Below, one piece after another: positions 10,297-21,380 of a stretch of DNA of 64,000 nt (its first letter is position 1; each line of letters begins with the position of its first letter). The stretch is from a virus (Duplodnaviria; Heunggongvirae; Uroviricota; Caudoviricetes), in IMG/VR virus record IMGVR_UViG_2778261223_000007, positions 1 to 64,000 of that record; one strand, 5' to 3'. The notes beneath the pieces are model-generated. The model had not been told where the DNA came from. It saw only the letters and a program-made list of their open reading frames with translations, and did not search any database. A program made the position numbers and the translations under genes.

Positions 10297-13200
10297 ATGG
10301 ATATCAGCCCGTTAGCGACGTTGAACAATTACCGCAATGGCGAGCACTCCATATGTCAAAAGCCCTGGAAGAAAAATACAAAGCTCAAGCCGGGAAACGT
10401 TGATCGCGCTGGTAAAAGAGAGGTTATTTTGAAAGAGAATAAAGACCGTATCGCAATAATTGACGCTATTCAGGAGGCGAGCACAAACGAACTTAAAGCT
10501 CTTGCTGAGGTAAAAGACGCCATTCTTTCTGGGGTAGGCACCATAACTCAACAGGACGAAAAGCAAGGCAGAGTTAGCAACAGACTATCACGCAGGCGTA
10601 AAGACTACGAGCAAAGTACATCTGATAGCGTTAGAGATGCCCAAACTAACCCATATAAAAAACGTCTCCCTGCTAAAAAGGAAAGGGCACCGATAAACCA
10701 AACCGTGGACCGCGCTATCGTTGCAACGAACACACCAGAAAGTGTTCGCTCCGTGCAATCACGTCAGACCATCCGAAAATCGGACGGTTTTATACCGGTA
10801 GCGGCTAATTCAGCCCCTCTTGAACCACAATCCCCCCAAAGTCTAAAAGGCCCGCTGCGGGATAGTAATGGACGTTTTGTATCCCAAAAAAGCAATGAGG
10901 ATATAGCCAGAAAAAAAGAATTGCAGAACGCACGTAAAGCCGACGCAAAATTACAAGCTGGCTTTCTCAGAAAGCTAGGTTCCATTATGGGGGTAGATGG
11001 CAATCAGTCTTCCAGTGAAGAGTCTTTAACAAATGCAGCTGGTGTCGGTGCTGGTGGGCCGTTATGGATGGCGGCTCGAGGCATGTACGACATAACTAAA
11101 GAGATCACAGGTAAAGCAGAATCTCTTAAAGAATGGGTAGAAAAGGGGAAAAAAGAAACATCAACCTCGAAAGCGATATCACCAGTAATTACTTATCCGG
11201 CGGCGGTGAATTCTCAAAAAGCAACATCTGCAAAAGCGTTCAATAACGCTGTTGAGACAAAATCCGCACAAGCAGTAGAAGAGCAAACCAAAATCCTTCA
11301 GACCAATGACAACAAAATAATTGATGGTCTGGAAAATGTTTCTGACGAGATAGTTAAGCTTCGGAAATCAGTGTCTTCTGGAAATAAGTTCGGCTTAAGT
11401 GATCTCTGGAAAAATCGAGCAAGCAGAAGAAATAAAATCAATATTGGTGATCAAACGGGAAAAAATAAACGGAATAAATCGAAAAGGAAAGGCCGCAATC
11501 TTGGGAAAAAAGCACTCTCCGTTGGCGAAAAAGTTGCTGCCGGTAGCGCTGCAGCTGGCACTGGTGTCGGAGCAGCAAAAGTAGTTAAAAATAAGATCAG
11601 CAAACCCAAAGATGTAAGCACTATCAGCGATACATCAAAGGGGATTGCAAAGGAAACAAAAAATACTGCTAAGGCCGTGAAGTCAGCTGGTGTTGTGGCT
11701 GAAGATGCCACCATTAAAACCGGCGAAGCCATTGCAAAGAAAAAAACTGAATCTGTAGCCCTCAAAAGTGCTGCAAAAATAGGAGTTAAATCAGCAGCAT
11801 CCACTGCGGCAAGAGCGGTCCCTATCATCGGTTCGCTGGCAATGGCTGGATATGACGCCATAGATGGTTACACAGATACAGAGGCGCAAAAGGCAGCCTT
11901 TGGTTTAAGTGACGATGATGCTGTATCCGAACAGCAAAAAACGGCTTACGCAACAGCTAATGTGCTCGATATGGGGGGCTTGGTGTCGGGCGCAACAAAC
12001 TTGATAGGGAAAGGAATTTCTGCGCTAGGATTTGAAAGAGCAGGTGAAAAACTTCAGAATTTTGATACCGGAGATATTGCTCGTGGTGTTAACGGCGCGG
12101 TAGATATCACAAAATCTGTTTTTGGTAGCCTTAAGGATACATTTTTATCCACTGACGAAAACACAAAACAAGTAAAAAAAGCTGTTGAAGACGGCACCAA
12201 AAAAACTGTCGATGCGATTCATTCTTTAGGTGAGCAGCTACAAGGCGGGCGTGATGGTGAAGATGGTGTTGGTGAGCACGGGTATACTTCCCCGGCTGAA
12301 TTTAATGCCCCTACCAGCAACACCATTGCAGCGGATCTGAATATTGGTGGCAGCAACGCCAAAAACCGCAATTACCGGAATAATAATCTCGGCAACCTTG
12401 TTTTCGCTAATCAGGAAGGGGCGACGCTGGAAGCACCAAATGCAAAAGGTGAACAACGTTTTGCGCGATTTAACACGCCTGAAGAAGGGATCAGGGCGCT
12501 GGCAAACCAGGTGTCAAGCTATTACAACGGCACCAGCGCCGCTGCTGGGTATCAGAAGCTACAGACGGTATCCAGTATTATTTCCAAATGGGCACCCCCA
12601 AAGGAGAACAATACTAATCAATATATTGATAACGTCAGCAAATATCTTGGCGTCTCGCCTAATGAAAAAATAGACGTCAGCAACCCAGAGGTTATGACGC
12701 AATTAGTTCGTGCAATAGCGACGAAAGAAGGTGGAAACCCGGCGGTTAACAATGAGTTCATAAAGAATGCTCTTGGGGCATTTAACACAAATACTGGTCG
12801 ATGGGAGGGACAATTCTCTGACGAAACATTGGCGCGGATTAATAAAATTCAGAAAGAAAATGGTGGTCAGCTAATTGCCCGCGATTCGCAATATAGTGTT
12901 GGTCGCAAGATAAAATATGTTAATGGAAAATCTCCAGCTCAACCAGTTTTGAATGCCGTTCCGACAGCAACACAACAGCCAATTGAGGTTGCACAACATG
13001 CCCAGGCAGTCAAAAAGCCACAAAAAACAGGCAATCAATCGCAACCGATTAATCCAGAGAACGTTGATGTTAATACTGGCTCTCCATCAAGTCTGCTTGA
13101 GAGATTAATCGCTATAAATGACAGCGGGGTAGGTAATTTATTTGGAGGTGCGGCTACCAGCCTTGCTGGTACAAGCCTTGGCCTGATTAAGGATTTTGCG

Positions 13201-14079
13201 TCGGCGACTTCGTTTGGTTCTATATCTTCGCTTTCCGAAAAAGCGAAAGGAATGGATCAGGCTCTTACTGAAAAGATATCCAGCTTAACCGGTAAATCTT
13301 TTGGATTTCAAAAAGCAAGCCAGGTAACTGATATAAGAGACGCTTTACAAAAAAGACCAAAAGCTGAACGCGATATGCCTTCAGTGGATCTTCTTTCCGG
13401 TGTTTCTTCGGCAAGTGAGAGTGAAAAAATCCCTGTAAACTCAAGGGGGATTCCAGTTTATGACAATGGATACAAGGTAATTGATGGTGAAGATAAGGGG
13501 GTGCTTGGCTCTTTGTTTGACTCGTCATTAACAGGTCTGAAACGTATTAGCTCTGCTGTGTTACCTGCAATTGGCGATAACGTTTCACGACTTATTGGTG
13601 GGGTAGATGGCACTGGCATTGTTAATGATTTGGTTTATCAGGCTACTGGGCAGAACTCAACAATTGCTAGGGCTATTAGCCCGCTTACCAGGAGCGCCGG
13701 TAGTTGGCTGAATAATGGTATTCAACAAACCGCAGATAGCATTAGAGGTATATCAAACGAAGCCAATAATGCCATATTTGGCTCTGCGTCAGCCGTGCAA
13801 GAACCTTTTCTTGCTATGCCACCACAGCTTCCTACTGTAACAGATCTCGCACGAAGCGGAATAAGACAACCATTAACTACTGACACTATAAATAACGATC
13901 CTGCTATGTTGAAGGCGCTGGATAACATCTGCTCTATCCTGAACGATCTTCTGAATGTGAACAAGAACAATACAAAAGGCGATCCGGATAAGGTTGTCAA
14001 AACATCGCAGCCGCAACCGCGACCACGTGCTAGCACAACTATTAATGACCCGTCGCTGGATGCTCTGCTTGAGGATTAA
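10297..14079 (+). CDS. tape-measure / Sit-like virion protein (1260 aa)
   Basis: Very long ORF with low-complexity Ala/Gly/Lys-rich segments and a central globular region, placed between tube-like and baseplate genes as P1 sit is. Confidence 0.55.
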   Translation: MDISPLATLNNYRNGEHSICQKPWKKNTKLKPGNVDRAGKREVILKENKDRIAIIDAIQEASTNELKALAEVKDAILSGVGTITQQDEKQGRVSNRLSRRRKDYEQSTSDSVRDAQTNPYKKRLPAKKERAPINQTVDRAIVATNTPESVRSVQSRQTIRKSDGFIPVAANSAPLEPQSPQSLKGPLRDSNGRFVSQKSNEDIARKKELQNARKADAKLQAGFLRKLGSIMGVDGNQSSSEESLTNAAGVGAGGPLWMAARGMYDITKEITGKAESLKEWVEKGKKETSTSKAISPVITYPAAVNSQKATSAKAFNNAVETKSAQAVEEQTKILQTNDNKIIDGLENVSDEIVKLRKSVSSGNKFGLSDLWKNRASRRNKINIGDQTGKNKRNKSKRKGRNLGKKALSVGEKVAAGSAAAGTGVGAAKVVKNKISKPKDVSTISDTSKGIAKETKNTAKAVKSAGVVAEDATIKTGEAIAKKKTESVALKSAAKIGVKSAASTAARAVPIIGSLAMAGYDAIDGYTDTEAQKAAFGLSDDDAVSEQQKTAYATANVLDMGGLVSGATNLIGKGISALGFERAGEKLQNFDTGDIARGVNGAVDITKSVFGSLKDTFLSTDENTKQVKKAVEDGTKKTVDAIHSLGEQLQGGRDGEDGVGEHGYTSPAEFNAPTSNTIAADLNIGGSNAKNRNYRNNNLGNLVFANQEGATLEAPNAKGEQRFARFNTPEEGIRALANQVSSYYNGTSAAAGYQKLQTVSSIISKWAPPKENNTNQYIDNVSKYLGVSPNEKIDVSNPEVMTQLVRAIATKEGGNPAVNNEFIKNALGAFNTNTGRWEGQFSDETLARINKIQKENGGQLIARDSQYSVGRKIKYVNGKSPAQPVLNAVPTATQQPIEVAQHAQAVKKPQKTGNQSQPINPENVDVNTGSPSSLLERLIAINDSGVGNLFGGAATSLAGTSLGLIKDFASATSFGSISSLSEKAKGMDQALTEKISSLTGKSFGFQKASQVTDIRDALQKRPKAERDMPSVDLLSGVSSASESEKIPVNSRGIPVYDNGYKVIDGEDKGVLGSLFDSSLTGLKRISSAVLPAIGDNVSRLIGGVDGTGIVNDLVYQATGQNSTIARAISPLTRSAGSWLNNGIQQTADSIRGISNEANNAIFGSASAVQEPFLAMPPQLPTVTDLARSGIRQPLTTDTINNDPAMLKALDNICSILNDLLNVNKNNTKGDPDKVVKTSQPQPRPRASTTINDPSLDALLED

Positions 14080-14084
14080 TAAAG

Positions 14085-14459
14085 ATGCTTTATGAAATAG
14101 ACGCAAGACTTCAAACGAATGAGAGCGGTGTCATTATTGCAGAAGGAAGTTCCGCAGCATGGATGGCCCGACTTGACGAGTGGCTACGAACCCCTGAAGG
14201 GAGTGTTTATGGTTTACCCTCTTGGGGGAATCCAATGGAAGAATTTAAGCATGAACCATTCGGCTCTGAAACTTCGCACATAGTTGAAGTGGCTATTGAA
14301 GGGAGAATGATGAAAAAACTACGACAAGACTTGCCAGGTTTGGATGTGCAGGGGATTCGTTGCACATCAATTTCTGAAGATTCTTTATTAATTAGTTTTT
14401 ATGCGAAAGGTGGGAGCATGGATATTGTTATGCAGAAATCAAGTGGGGTGGGCGCGTGA
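14085..14459 (+). CDS. putative baseplate protein (gpW/gp25-like size class)
   Basis: 124-aa ORF at the start of a W-J-I-like baseplate series; positional inference. Confidence 0.35.
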   Translation: MLYEIDARLQTNESGVIIAEGSSAAWMARLDEWLRTPEGSVYGLPSWGNPMEEFKHEPFGSETSHIVEVAIEGRMMKKLRQDLPGLDVQGIRCTSISEDSLLISFYAKGGSMDIVMQKSSGVGA

Positions 14460-15886
14460 CGATTACAGAATTACTGGACAAATTTAACGCCAAGTTAAAT
14501 GAAAACACATGGTGGTCACGATTTGTAAATAGTCAGTTTGTGCAGATGCACGCTATATTCGGATCACAGCTTATTTATATTGCCCGTACATTTGCAAGCC
14601 GCGGCCTCACTGAGGGACTTATTTCAACGGCTACGCGCCGCTCAAGTATTTTAGCGGTTGCTGAAGACCGTAGCTACGTAGGGCGATTTGTTAGTGCTTC
14701 ATACGGAACAACGTCTATAACCAATAAAACTGATCGGGATATTACGTTACCAGCCGGGGCTGAATTGCTTGCCAATGACCAAACACCTTTGGCAATTATT
14801 AACAGTGTTGTAATTCCTGCTGGAGGAACTGTTTCTGGCGTAGAAACTAAACAGCATGAAGCTGTTAGCGTTACATTTGATATTGAGAAGGAAACTTTAT
14901 TTCTGACATTGTTGCTTTCCAGAGAATTAACAAAAGAAGTCTCTAGCCTGGATGTTTATGTTATTACAGATGGCGTAGAAGAAAAATGGACATATAACCC
15001 ATTATTTAGAATGTCCAGAGACAAGAGTAAGCACTATTCATTGGCATATAAACCTACAGAACAACTTGGAGTCAAGTTTGGTGATGGTTCTATGGGTATG
15101 ATGCCTCCAGCAGGCTGTCAGGTTCGAATCGATGTTATGGCTAGCCTTGGCGACTATACTTTGGCTGAAGGACAAAAGTTAGAACCGGCTGGAAATATCG
15201 CTCAATATGTGGAGTCACTAGAGTTTAAAACTGATTCGATCATTACCGGTGGTAGTGGTATGGAAACTACAGAAGAAACTCGAAATCGTGCTCAGTATTA
15301 TGTTGCATACGATGAACAAGTGGTATGGGGCGGTGATTATCGCCAATTCATTCAGAATGTTGTTCATGGAACTTCATGGTTGAACGTTTGGGGCGAAGCG
15401 TTGCAAGAGAAAATAACTGGGTTTGACGTTCGAAACATCAACAAGATTTTCTTTTGCGGACATAAGCCAGGTGTAAGCCAGGCTCAGCTAAAATCAGAAA
15501 TACTGAAAGCTCTAGAGAATGTTCCAAATGAGTTGAACAAGCGGTTTGAGTATGTAGATACAAATGAACAACCATTTACTATAATATTTACAGGTATTGC
15601 ACGTAAAAATGTTCTGATAGACGACGCTCAAAATGCTATTAAAGCAGCGTTGGAAGAAAATTTTGGTCGTGATTCGTCATCATTCAGTTTATTACTACAG
15701 AGTGATGATGATTCTCAGCAATGTTATGCACAGGTAAAAGTTAAAGATATTTGGCGAGTAATAGAGTCGCTGGATATGTTTCTCTCTTATGACATAACAA
15801 TACAAAATATGAAAGATGCAGTTTACTTTAATGACTTCATTTATCTTGACGTGAAATCTTCAACGTTCAGCATTTCTTACCCGTAA
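14456..15886 (+). CDS. putative baseplate protein (gpJ-like)
   Basis: 476-aa ORF overlapping neighbours by 4 nt (translational coupling); position preceding the tail fibre. Confidence 0.4.
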   Translation: MTITELLDKFNAKLNENTWWSRFVNSQFVQMHAIFGSQLIYIARTFASRGLTEGLISTATRRSSILAVAEDRSYVGRFVSASYGTTSITNKTDRDITLPAGAELLANDQTPLAIINSVVIPAGGTVSGVETKQHEAVSVTFDIEKETLFLTLLLSRELTKEVSSLDVYVITDGVEEKWTYNPLFRMSRDKSKHYSLAYKPTEQLGVKFGDGSMGMMPPAGCQVRIDVMASLGDYTLAEGQKLEPAGNIAQYVESLEFKTDSIITGGSGMETTEETRNRAQYYVAYDEQVVWGGDYRQFIQNVVHGTSWLNVWGEALQEKITGFDVRNINKIFFCGHKPGVSQAQLKSEILKALENVPNELNKRFEYVDTNEQPFTIIFTGIARKNVLIDDAQNAIKAALEENFGRDSSSFSLLLQSDDDSQQCYAQVKVKDIWRVIESLDMFLSYDITIQNMKDAVYFNDFIYLDVKSSTFSISYP

Positions 15887-15896
15887 TGAGGTTAGC

Positions 15897-16742
15897 ATGA
15901 AAGATAATTGGCTTAAGGAACGATTAACTAAAGTAAAACAGGATTCACATCTCTGGAGTGCATTTATAGACGCTTTACAGGATGTCTGGAATGAGGCAGT
16001 AGAACCAATATTAACAAGAATAAGTAACAGAAAATCCTTCTTCACTATGGACAGTGAGGACATGGATGCCCGCATTGCTGAATACGGGCGTTTTTTCGTT
16101 ATCACTGAAAAAGATAAGGCTCGTAGGCCAATGCTGCTGGCACAACGTTTAGATGAAGTGCACTTTAAAGGCACTATCTTGCCAATTGAGCAGACATTCT
16201 GGCGTGAATTCGGTTGTATTCCTGTTAGTTGGGAACCGCTGTATGCACCTGTAAATATAGAAAAACACCCCTATGGTTCATATTTTGCGACCGAAATAGA
16301 AATACCTACGGCACAGGCTCAATTCGGTGAGTTCTTCCTGACATCAAGGGGGCTGGTCGTTGTTGATCAGAACAAGCTATATCGCTCATATGGAGAGCAG
16401 GATAAAGAAGCCGCTGTACAGAAATTGTTATCTGACTTCGAAACAGTAATAGCCCCTTTATTGCCATTGCATATTGTTTTTGATGGCGTCTCGTTTCGGC
16501 TTAGTGCTGTATTCCCTGAAGTGGCAGAAATACTAAATTGCTTGTCTACGGATGTTTCGGTAATTGAAGGTGTTTATGTTACTGAGAGTATGGCTGATAT
16601 GCTATCCCGTAGTGATACCTCCTGCCAGGTAGACAATATTTCTCTTAACGCCATACCGAACCGAACGGCAGAAAAGCAATTACATCTTGATGTAACCCCA
16701 CTCGATGCGTGGCCTTTGGATTACCACCTTCAACCTGTTTAA
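15897..16742 (+). CDS. putative baseplate/tail protein (gpI-like)
   Basis: 281-aa ORF in the baseplate series. Confidence 0.35.
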   Translation: MKDNWLKERLTKVKQDSHLWSAFIDALQDVWNEAVEPILTRISNRKSFFTMDSEDMDARIAEYGRFFVITEKDKARRPMLLAQRLDEVHFKGTILPIEQTFWREFGCIPVSWEPLYAPVNIEKHPYGSYFATEIEIPTAQAQFGEFFLTSRGLVVVDQNKLYRSYGEQDKEAAVQKLLSDFETVIAPLLPLHIVFDGVSFRLSAVFPEVAEILNCLSTDVSVIEGVYVTESMADMLSRSDTSCQVDNISLNAIPNRTAEKQLHLDVTPLDAWPLDYHLQPV

Positions 16743-16836
16743 TAATTCCTCCCCCGCATTTGGGGGAAGAACAACGGAAATCACAAACTGAGCATACTCT
16801 CCTTTGGTTCATTGCTTATGAAGGAGCTATGTTCGT

Positions 16837-17283
16837 ATGGCTGAAAATTTAAAGGCAAGAGATGGTAACCGCCTGTATAAGGCACAATTGCTTTCCTACT
16901 ATTATTCACGCCGCGCTGAGTCGGCGATCGGCAAAGGTGCGCGTTTTGTTATCTCTAAGGCGTATTGGTGCAAATCTAGTCTGGTAACTGCTAATGGTGC
17001 AGGAGGCTGGAATATAGCGGACATTCCACTCGATTTTAAATTGAGTGACGCTCAACAGTTTGCTGTGTCCGATCTGATATTGTCCAGCGTGGATGGGATT
17101 ATCACTATCAATGCAGCCTTCCCACAAGAAAGAATGCCGGATAACACGCCTTACGATTTTAACACGCTTGTGCTTGTTGATGCTGAGGAACGGGCTTTTG
17201 GTGTGCTTTGCACCCAGCAAGATACCCTCTATAAAGGTAAACGTTACAGTATTCTCATGACAATCGAGCAAGTTGAGGGTTGA
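16837..17283 (+). CDS. tail-fibre-associated protein (P1 R-like position)
   Basis: 148-aa ORF overlapping the start of the tail fibre gene by 4 nt. Confidence 0.4.
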   Translation: MAENLKARDGNRLYKAQLLSYYYSRRAESAIGKGARFVISKAYWCKSSLVTANGAGGWNIADIPLDFKLSDAQQFAVSDLILSSVDGIITINAAFPQERMPDNTPYDFNTLVLVDAEERAFGVLCTQQDTLYKGKRYSILMTIEQVEG

Positions 17284-20200
17284 TTATGGGGGCTGATAAA
17301 ACGAACAACATAATGACACTATCCTCTGGTGTCTCACAGCCTTTGCTTGCTGATGTTCAATATTTCGAACTCTATAGTAGTTCGGCTCTTAACAGAAAAC
17401 TTAAAAATATTGTTTTGCCTGGCTTTTACTGTGGATTTGAACCAGTTCCCGGCACAGGGTTGAGTGTTCGTATAACTTCTGAAAACTCAGAAGGTAAAGG
17501 GGCTGCTTCAGTAGATGTAAATAATGTTCAGATATCCGTTCAGCAAATAGAAGATGTGACTGTCTCGGTAAAGGCTGGGGCTACCAACATTATTGTGCTG
17601 GAAGCCAATTTTGAACATGGTGTAAAAACGACACAGGTAGATAGCGCATCTTCTGTCAGTGCTGCAAGAATTTACGCGCGTACGGACAATACTATTGGGC
17701 AGAATCAAATTGAATTATGTCGAGTTATCGTGCCTAACGGCGCAACGGCTGTGACTAAAGAAATGATTGTGCTTAAATACCGGGTTAACCGTGCTGTTGG
17801 TGTCGAATTCTCTAATGAAATAAGCAGTACAGAAGAAAGAAAAGCGGCTACACCTCTGGCTGTCAAAACTCTCCATGATTTGGTTGATACAAAAGCTCCG
17901 CTCGATAGTCCGCATCTGTCAGGTACGCCGACTTCGCCGACACCTGAACCCGGTACAAACAACACACAGATCGCAAATGCGGCCTTTGTCTATGCTGCTA
18001 TAAATGCGCTTATCAATGGTGCTCCGGGAACGATGGACACGCTGAAAGAAATAGCGGCTGCGATCAATAACGACCCGAATTTCAGCACAACTATCAACAA
18101 TGCCCTGGCTCTTAAAGCTCCTTTGGCAAGCCCGGCGTTCACAGGTACGCCGACAGCACCTACGGCCTCACAAGGCACAAATAGCACGCAGATTGCAAAT
18201 ACAGCCTTTGTTAAGGCAGCTATAACGGCACTTATCAACGGTGCGCCTGGCACACTGGATACGCTGAAAGAAATAGCGGCTGCGATCAATAACGACCCGA
18301 ATTTCAGCACAACTATCAACAATGCCCTGGCTCTCAAAGCGCCTTTGGCAAGCCCTGCATTAACGGGTGTCCCTACTGCGCCGACCGCCGCACAGGGCAC
18401 AAATAATACGCAGATTGCTACGACCGCTTATGTAAGAGCTGCCATATCCGCATTGGTTGGTTCATCACCAGAAGCTCTTGATACCCTGAATGAGCTTGCC
18501 GCAGCACTTGGCAATGACCCGAACTTTGCGACAACAATGACAAATGCGCTGGCAGGCAAACAGCCTCTGGATGCAACTTTAACCGCGCTCGCTGGCCTTG
18601 CGACTGGTGCAAACAAACTGCCTTATTTCACCGGTAAGGATACGGTAGCGCAGACTGATTTAACGTCAGTCGGTCGCGATATTCTGGCTAAAACAAGCAC
18701 ACTGGCCGTTATCCAATACCTTGGTTTAAGAGAACTCGGTACCAGTGGTGAAAAGATCCCCCTGTTGAGTACGGCTAACACATGGAGTGCGCGCCAGACT
18801 TTCAATGGCGGGATCACCGGGGCGCTGACAGGGAACGCCGACACCGCGACGAAATTGAAAACAGCCATAAACATTAATGGCGTCAGGTTCGATGGTTCGG
18901 CTGACATTAATATCAATACTCTGGTATCGCGTGGTCGCGTAACGGCTCTGGGGGCGAATGCACAGGGGACATCCGGGATTCAGCTGTATGAGGCATACAA
19001 CAATGGCTATCCTTCCCCCTATGGCAATGTGCTTCACCTTAAAGGTGCCACCGCTGCTGGCGAAGGTGAATTATTCATTGGCTGGAGTGGCTCGAGCGGT
19101 GACCATGCGCCCGTACATATCCGTTCGCGGCGTGATACTGATTCTGCCAACTGGTCTGAATGGGCACAGGTCTATACGTCAAAAGATTCAGTTCCCGGCG
19201 TTAATGCCAAAGGGAATCAGGATACCTCTGGTAATGCGGCTACAGCGACCAAATTGCAGACGGCGTGTACTATCAACGGTGTCTCGTTTGATGGTTCTAA
19301 AAACATTGAGCTAACGGCGGAAGATTTAAATCTTGAGCAAACCGTAGAATTAGCCGCAGGAGCATTGCAGAAAAACCAGAACGGTGCAGATATTCCGAAT
19401 AAAGATAAATTCATACAAAACACAGGGGCCTGTCGTGCATTTAGCGGTCAGACTGATATCGATGGTTCACAAGGTGAATGGTCGACAGTTGCATTTATCT
19501 CGTGGCTGGAGAATAACGGAGCTTTCCGACATCCATACTGGATGTGTAAAGGGTCATGGTCCTATGCCAGAAACAGGGTTATTACGGATACCGGTTGTGG
19601 AAATATCTGCCTTGCCGGAGCCGTGATTGAGGTTATGGGAACCCGCGGCGCAATGACCATACGCGTTACCACGCCGAGCACGTCCAGCGGTGGCGGAATC
19701 ACTAACGCTCAATTCACTTATATTAATCATGGTGATGCTTACGCTCCTGGCTGGCGACGAGACTACAACACGAAAAACCAGCAGCCTGCATTTGCTTTAG
19801 GGCAAACAGGACGCAGGGTCGCAAATGATAAAGCTGTTGGCTGGAACTGGAATAGCGGCGTTTATGATGCAGATATCAGTGGCGCATCGACATTAATCCT
19901 CCACTTTAATATGAATGCGGGGAGTTGCCCTGCTGTACAGTTCCGCGTGAATTACAGAAATGGCGGTATCTTTTATCGTTCAGCGCGTGATGGTTATGGC
20001 TTTGAAGCTAACTGGTCAGAGTTTTACACCACAACACGCAAACCCTCTGCGGGAGATGTTGGTGCATATACGCAGGCAGAATGTAACTCAAGGTTTATTA
20101 CAGGTATTCGCCTTGGCGGTCTGTCATCTGTTAAGACATGGAATGGTCCTGGCTGGTCTGACAGGTCAGGTTATGTCGTTACTGGTTCAGTTAACGGAAA

Positions 20201-20285
20201 CCGTGATGAATTAATTGATACAACTCAGGCAAGGCCAATTCAGTATTGCATTAATGGAACGTGGTATAACGCGGGGAGTATTTAA
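17280..20285 (+). CDS. S: tail fibre protein S (constant part Sc fused to variable part Sv in the current orientation)
   Basis: 1001 aa; three tandem ~73-aa fibre repeats (..APLASPAFTGTPTAPTA..QIANTAFV..); coding sequence crosses the crossover site at 18709-18734; the STANTWSARQTFNGGITGALTGNADTATKL segment recurs in the inverted cassette. Confidence 0.8.
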   Translation: MIMGADKTNNIMTLSSGVSQPLLADVQYFELYSSSALNRKLKNIVLPGFYCGFEPVPGTGLSVRITSENSEGKGAASVDVNNVQISVQQIEDVTVSVKAGATNIIVLEANFEHGVKTTQVDSASSVSAARIYARTDNTIGQNQIELCRVIVPNGATAVTKEMIVLKYRVNRAVGVEFSNEISSTEERKAATPLAVKTLHDLVDTKAPLDSPHLSGTPTSPTPEPGTNNTQIANAAFVYAAINALINGAPGTMDTLKEIAAAINNDPNFSTTINNALALKAPLASPAFTGTPTAPTASQGTNSTQIANTAFVKAAITALINGAPGTLDTLKEIAAAINNDPNFSTTINNALALKAPLASPALTGVPTAPTAAQGTNNTQIATTAYVRAAISALVGSSPEALDTLNELAAALGNDPNFATTMTNALAGKQPLDATLTALAGLATGANKLPYFTGKDTVAQTDLTSVGRDILAKTSTLAVIQYLGLRELGTSGEKIPLLSTANTWSARQTFNGGITGALTGNADTATKLKTAININGVRFDGSADININTLVSRGRVTALGANAQGTSGIQLYEAYNNGYPSPYGNVLHLKGATAAGEGELFIGWSGSSGDHAPVHIRSRRDTDSANWSEWAQVYTSKDSVPGVNAKGNQDTSGNAATATKLQTACTINGVSFDGSKNIELTAEDLNLEQTVELAAGALQKNQNGADIPNKDKFIQNTGACRAFSGQTDIDGSQGEWSTVAFISWLENNGAFRHPYWMCKGSWSYARNRVITDTGCGNICLAGAVIEVMGTRGAMTIRVTTPSTSSGGGITNAQFTYINHGDAYAPGWRRDYNTKNQQPAFALGQTGRRVANDKAVGWNWNSGVYDADISGASTLILHFNMNAGSCPAVQFRVNYRNGGIFYRSARDGYGFEANWSEFYTTTRKPSAGDVGAYTQAECNSRFITGIRLGGLSSVKTWNGPGWSDRSGYVVTGSVNGNRDELIDTTQARPIQYCINGTWYNAGSI
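18709..18734 (+). promoter_or_regulatory. left crossover site (cixL/gixL-like) of the invertible tail-fibre segment
   Basis: TTATCCAATACCTTGGTTTAAGAGAA, a close match to the 26-bp hix/gix/cix consensus as recalled; at the outer edge of the left inverted repeat. Confidence 0.7.
18716..18898. repeat. left inverted repeat of the invertible segment (~183 bp)
   Basis: Reverse-complement near-identical to 22810-22992. Confidence 0.8.
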
Positions 20286-20287
20286 TT

Positions 20288-20821
20288 ATGATGCACTTAA
20301 AAAATATTACTGCTGGCAACCCTAAAACAAAAGAGCAATACCAGCTAACAAAGCAATTTAACATCAAATGGCTTTATTCAGATGATGGAAAAAACTGGTA
20401 TGAGGAACAAAAGAATTTCCAGCCAGACACTTTGAAAATGGTCTATGACCATAACGGCGTTATTATTTGTATTGAAAAGGATGTTTCAGCAATTAATCCG
20501 GAAGGCGCAAGCGTCGTTGAATTACCTGATATTACAGCAAATCGCCGGGCTGATATTTCGGGTAAATGGATGTTCAAAGATGGCGTAGTGATAAAGCGAA
20601 CTTATACCGAGGAGGAACAGAGGCAGCAGGCAGAGAATGAAAAGCAAAGCCTGTTGCAACTTGTCAGGGATAAAACCCAGCTATGGGACTCACAGCTACG
20701 GCTGGGTATCATTTCCGACGAGAATAAACAAAAATTAACCGAGTGGATGCTCTATGCGCAGAAGGTCGAATCCACAGACACCTCCAGCCTGCCAGTAACG
20801 TTTCCAGAACAACCAGAATGA
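20288..20821 (+). CDS. U: tail fibre assembly protein U
   Basis: 177 aa; paralogous to the inverted ORF 20850-21380 ([22 protein letters not shown].. vs [23 protein letters not shown]..). Confidence 0.75.
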   Translation: MMHLKNITAGNPKTKEQYQLTKQFNIKWLYSDDGKNWYEEQKNFQPDTLKMVYDHNGVIICIEKDVSAINPEGASVVELPDITANRRADISGKWMFKDGVVIKRTYTEEEQRQQAENEKQSLLQLVRDKTQLWDSQLRLGIISDENKQKLTEWMLYAQKVESTDTSSLPVTFPEQPE

Positions 20822-20826
20822 AACAA

Positions 20827-20852
20827 GGCCCGCTATCGGGCCTTAATTTTTA
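20827..20852. terminator. bidirectional hairpin terminator between U and U'
   Basis: GGCCCGCTATCGGGCC stem followed by a T/A-rich run, between convergent genes. Confidence 0.5.
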
Positions 20853-21380
20853 TTCAGGCTTTTGTGGCCATTCAGGATTTGCCGTATCCACACGGCTGAC
20901 CAGAACACTATAGCGTTCCCATGACTCCAGTCGTGCGCGTTCCTCATCCGTCGCCATATTCAGCCTGACAGCGCGTTCCAGTGGCTGAATAACGTTTTCT
21001 GCTTCGGAAAGTAACGCGGCCTTTTGTGATTCGGCCTGTTGTTGTTGCTCGTCTGCCGTATAAATCCGTTTAACCACAGCTCCGTCCTTAAACATCCACT
21101 TCCCTGAATCATCGGCACGACGATTGGCTGTTATATCTGGAATCTCAACGACGCTAAAGCCTTCGGGATTAAGCGTTGAGGCATCTTTGGTTATGGCAAC
21201 AATAATATTATTTTCGTCGTATACAATCTTTATGGTGTCGTCCTGAAAGTTATTTACTTCTTCATACCAGTTTTTACCGTCTTCGGACCATAACCAGATA
21301 ACATCAAAATTCTTTGTTAGCTGATATTGTTCTTTCGTTTTAGGATTTCCAGACTTAATATTTTTTAAATGCTGCATCAT
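20850..21380 (-). CDS. alternate tail fibre assembly protein U'
   Basis: 176-aa paralogue of U on the opposite strand inside the invertible segment. Confidence 0.75.
   Translation of the reverse strand: MMQHLKNIKSGNPKTKEQYQLTKNFDVIWLWSEDGKNWYEEVNNFQDDTIKIVYDENNIIVAITKDASTLNPEGFSVVEIPDITANRRADDSGKWMFKDGAVVKRIYTADEQQQQAESQKAALLSEAENVIQPLERAVRLNMATDEERARLESWERYSVLVSRVDTANPEWPQKPE

Noticed and set aside
17880-18400. Tandem repeats in the tail fibre gene as a possible diversity-generating retroelement target
   Set aside because: No reverse transcriptase gene or template-repeat/variable-repeat pair with adenine-specific differences in the window; repeats are in-frame protein repeats typical of fibre shafts.
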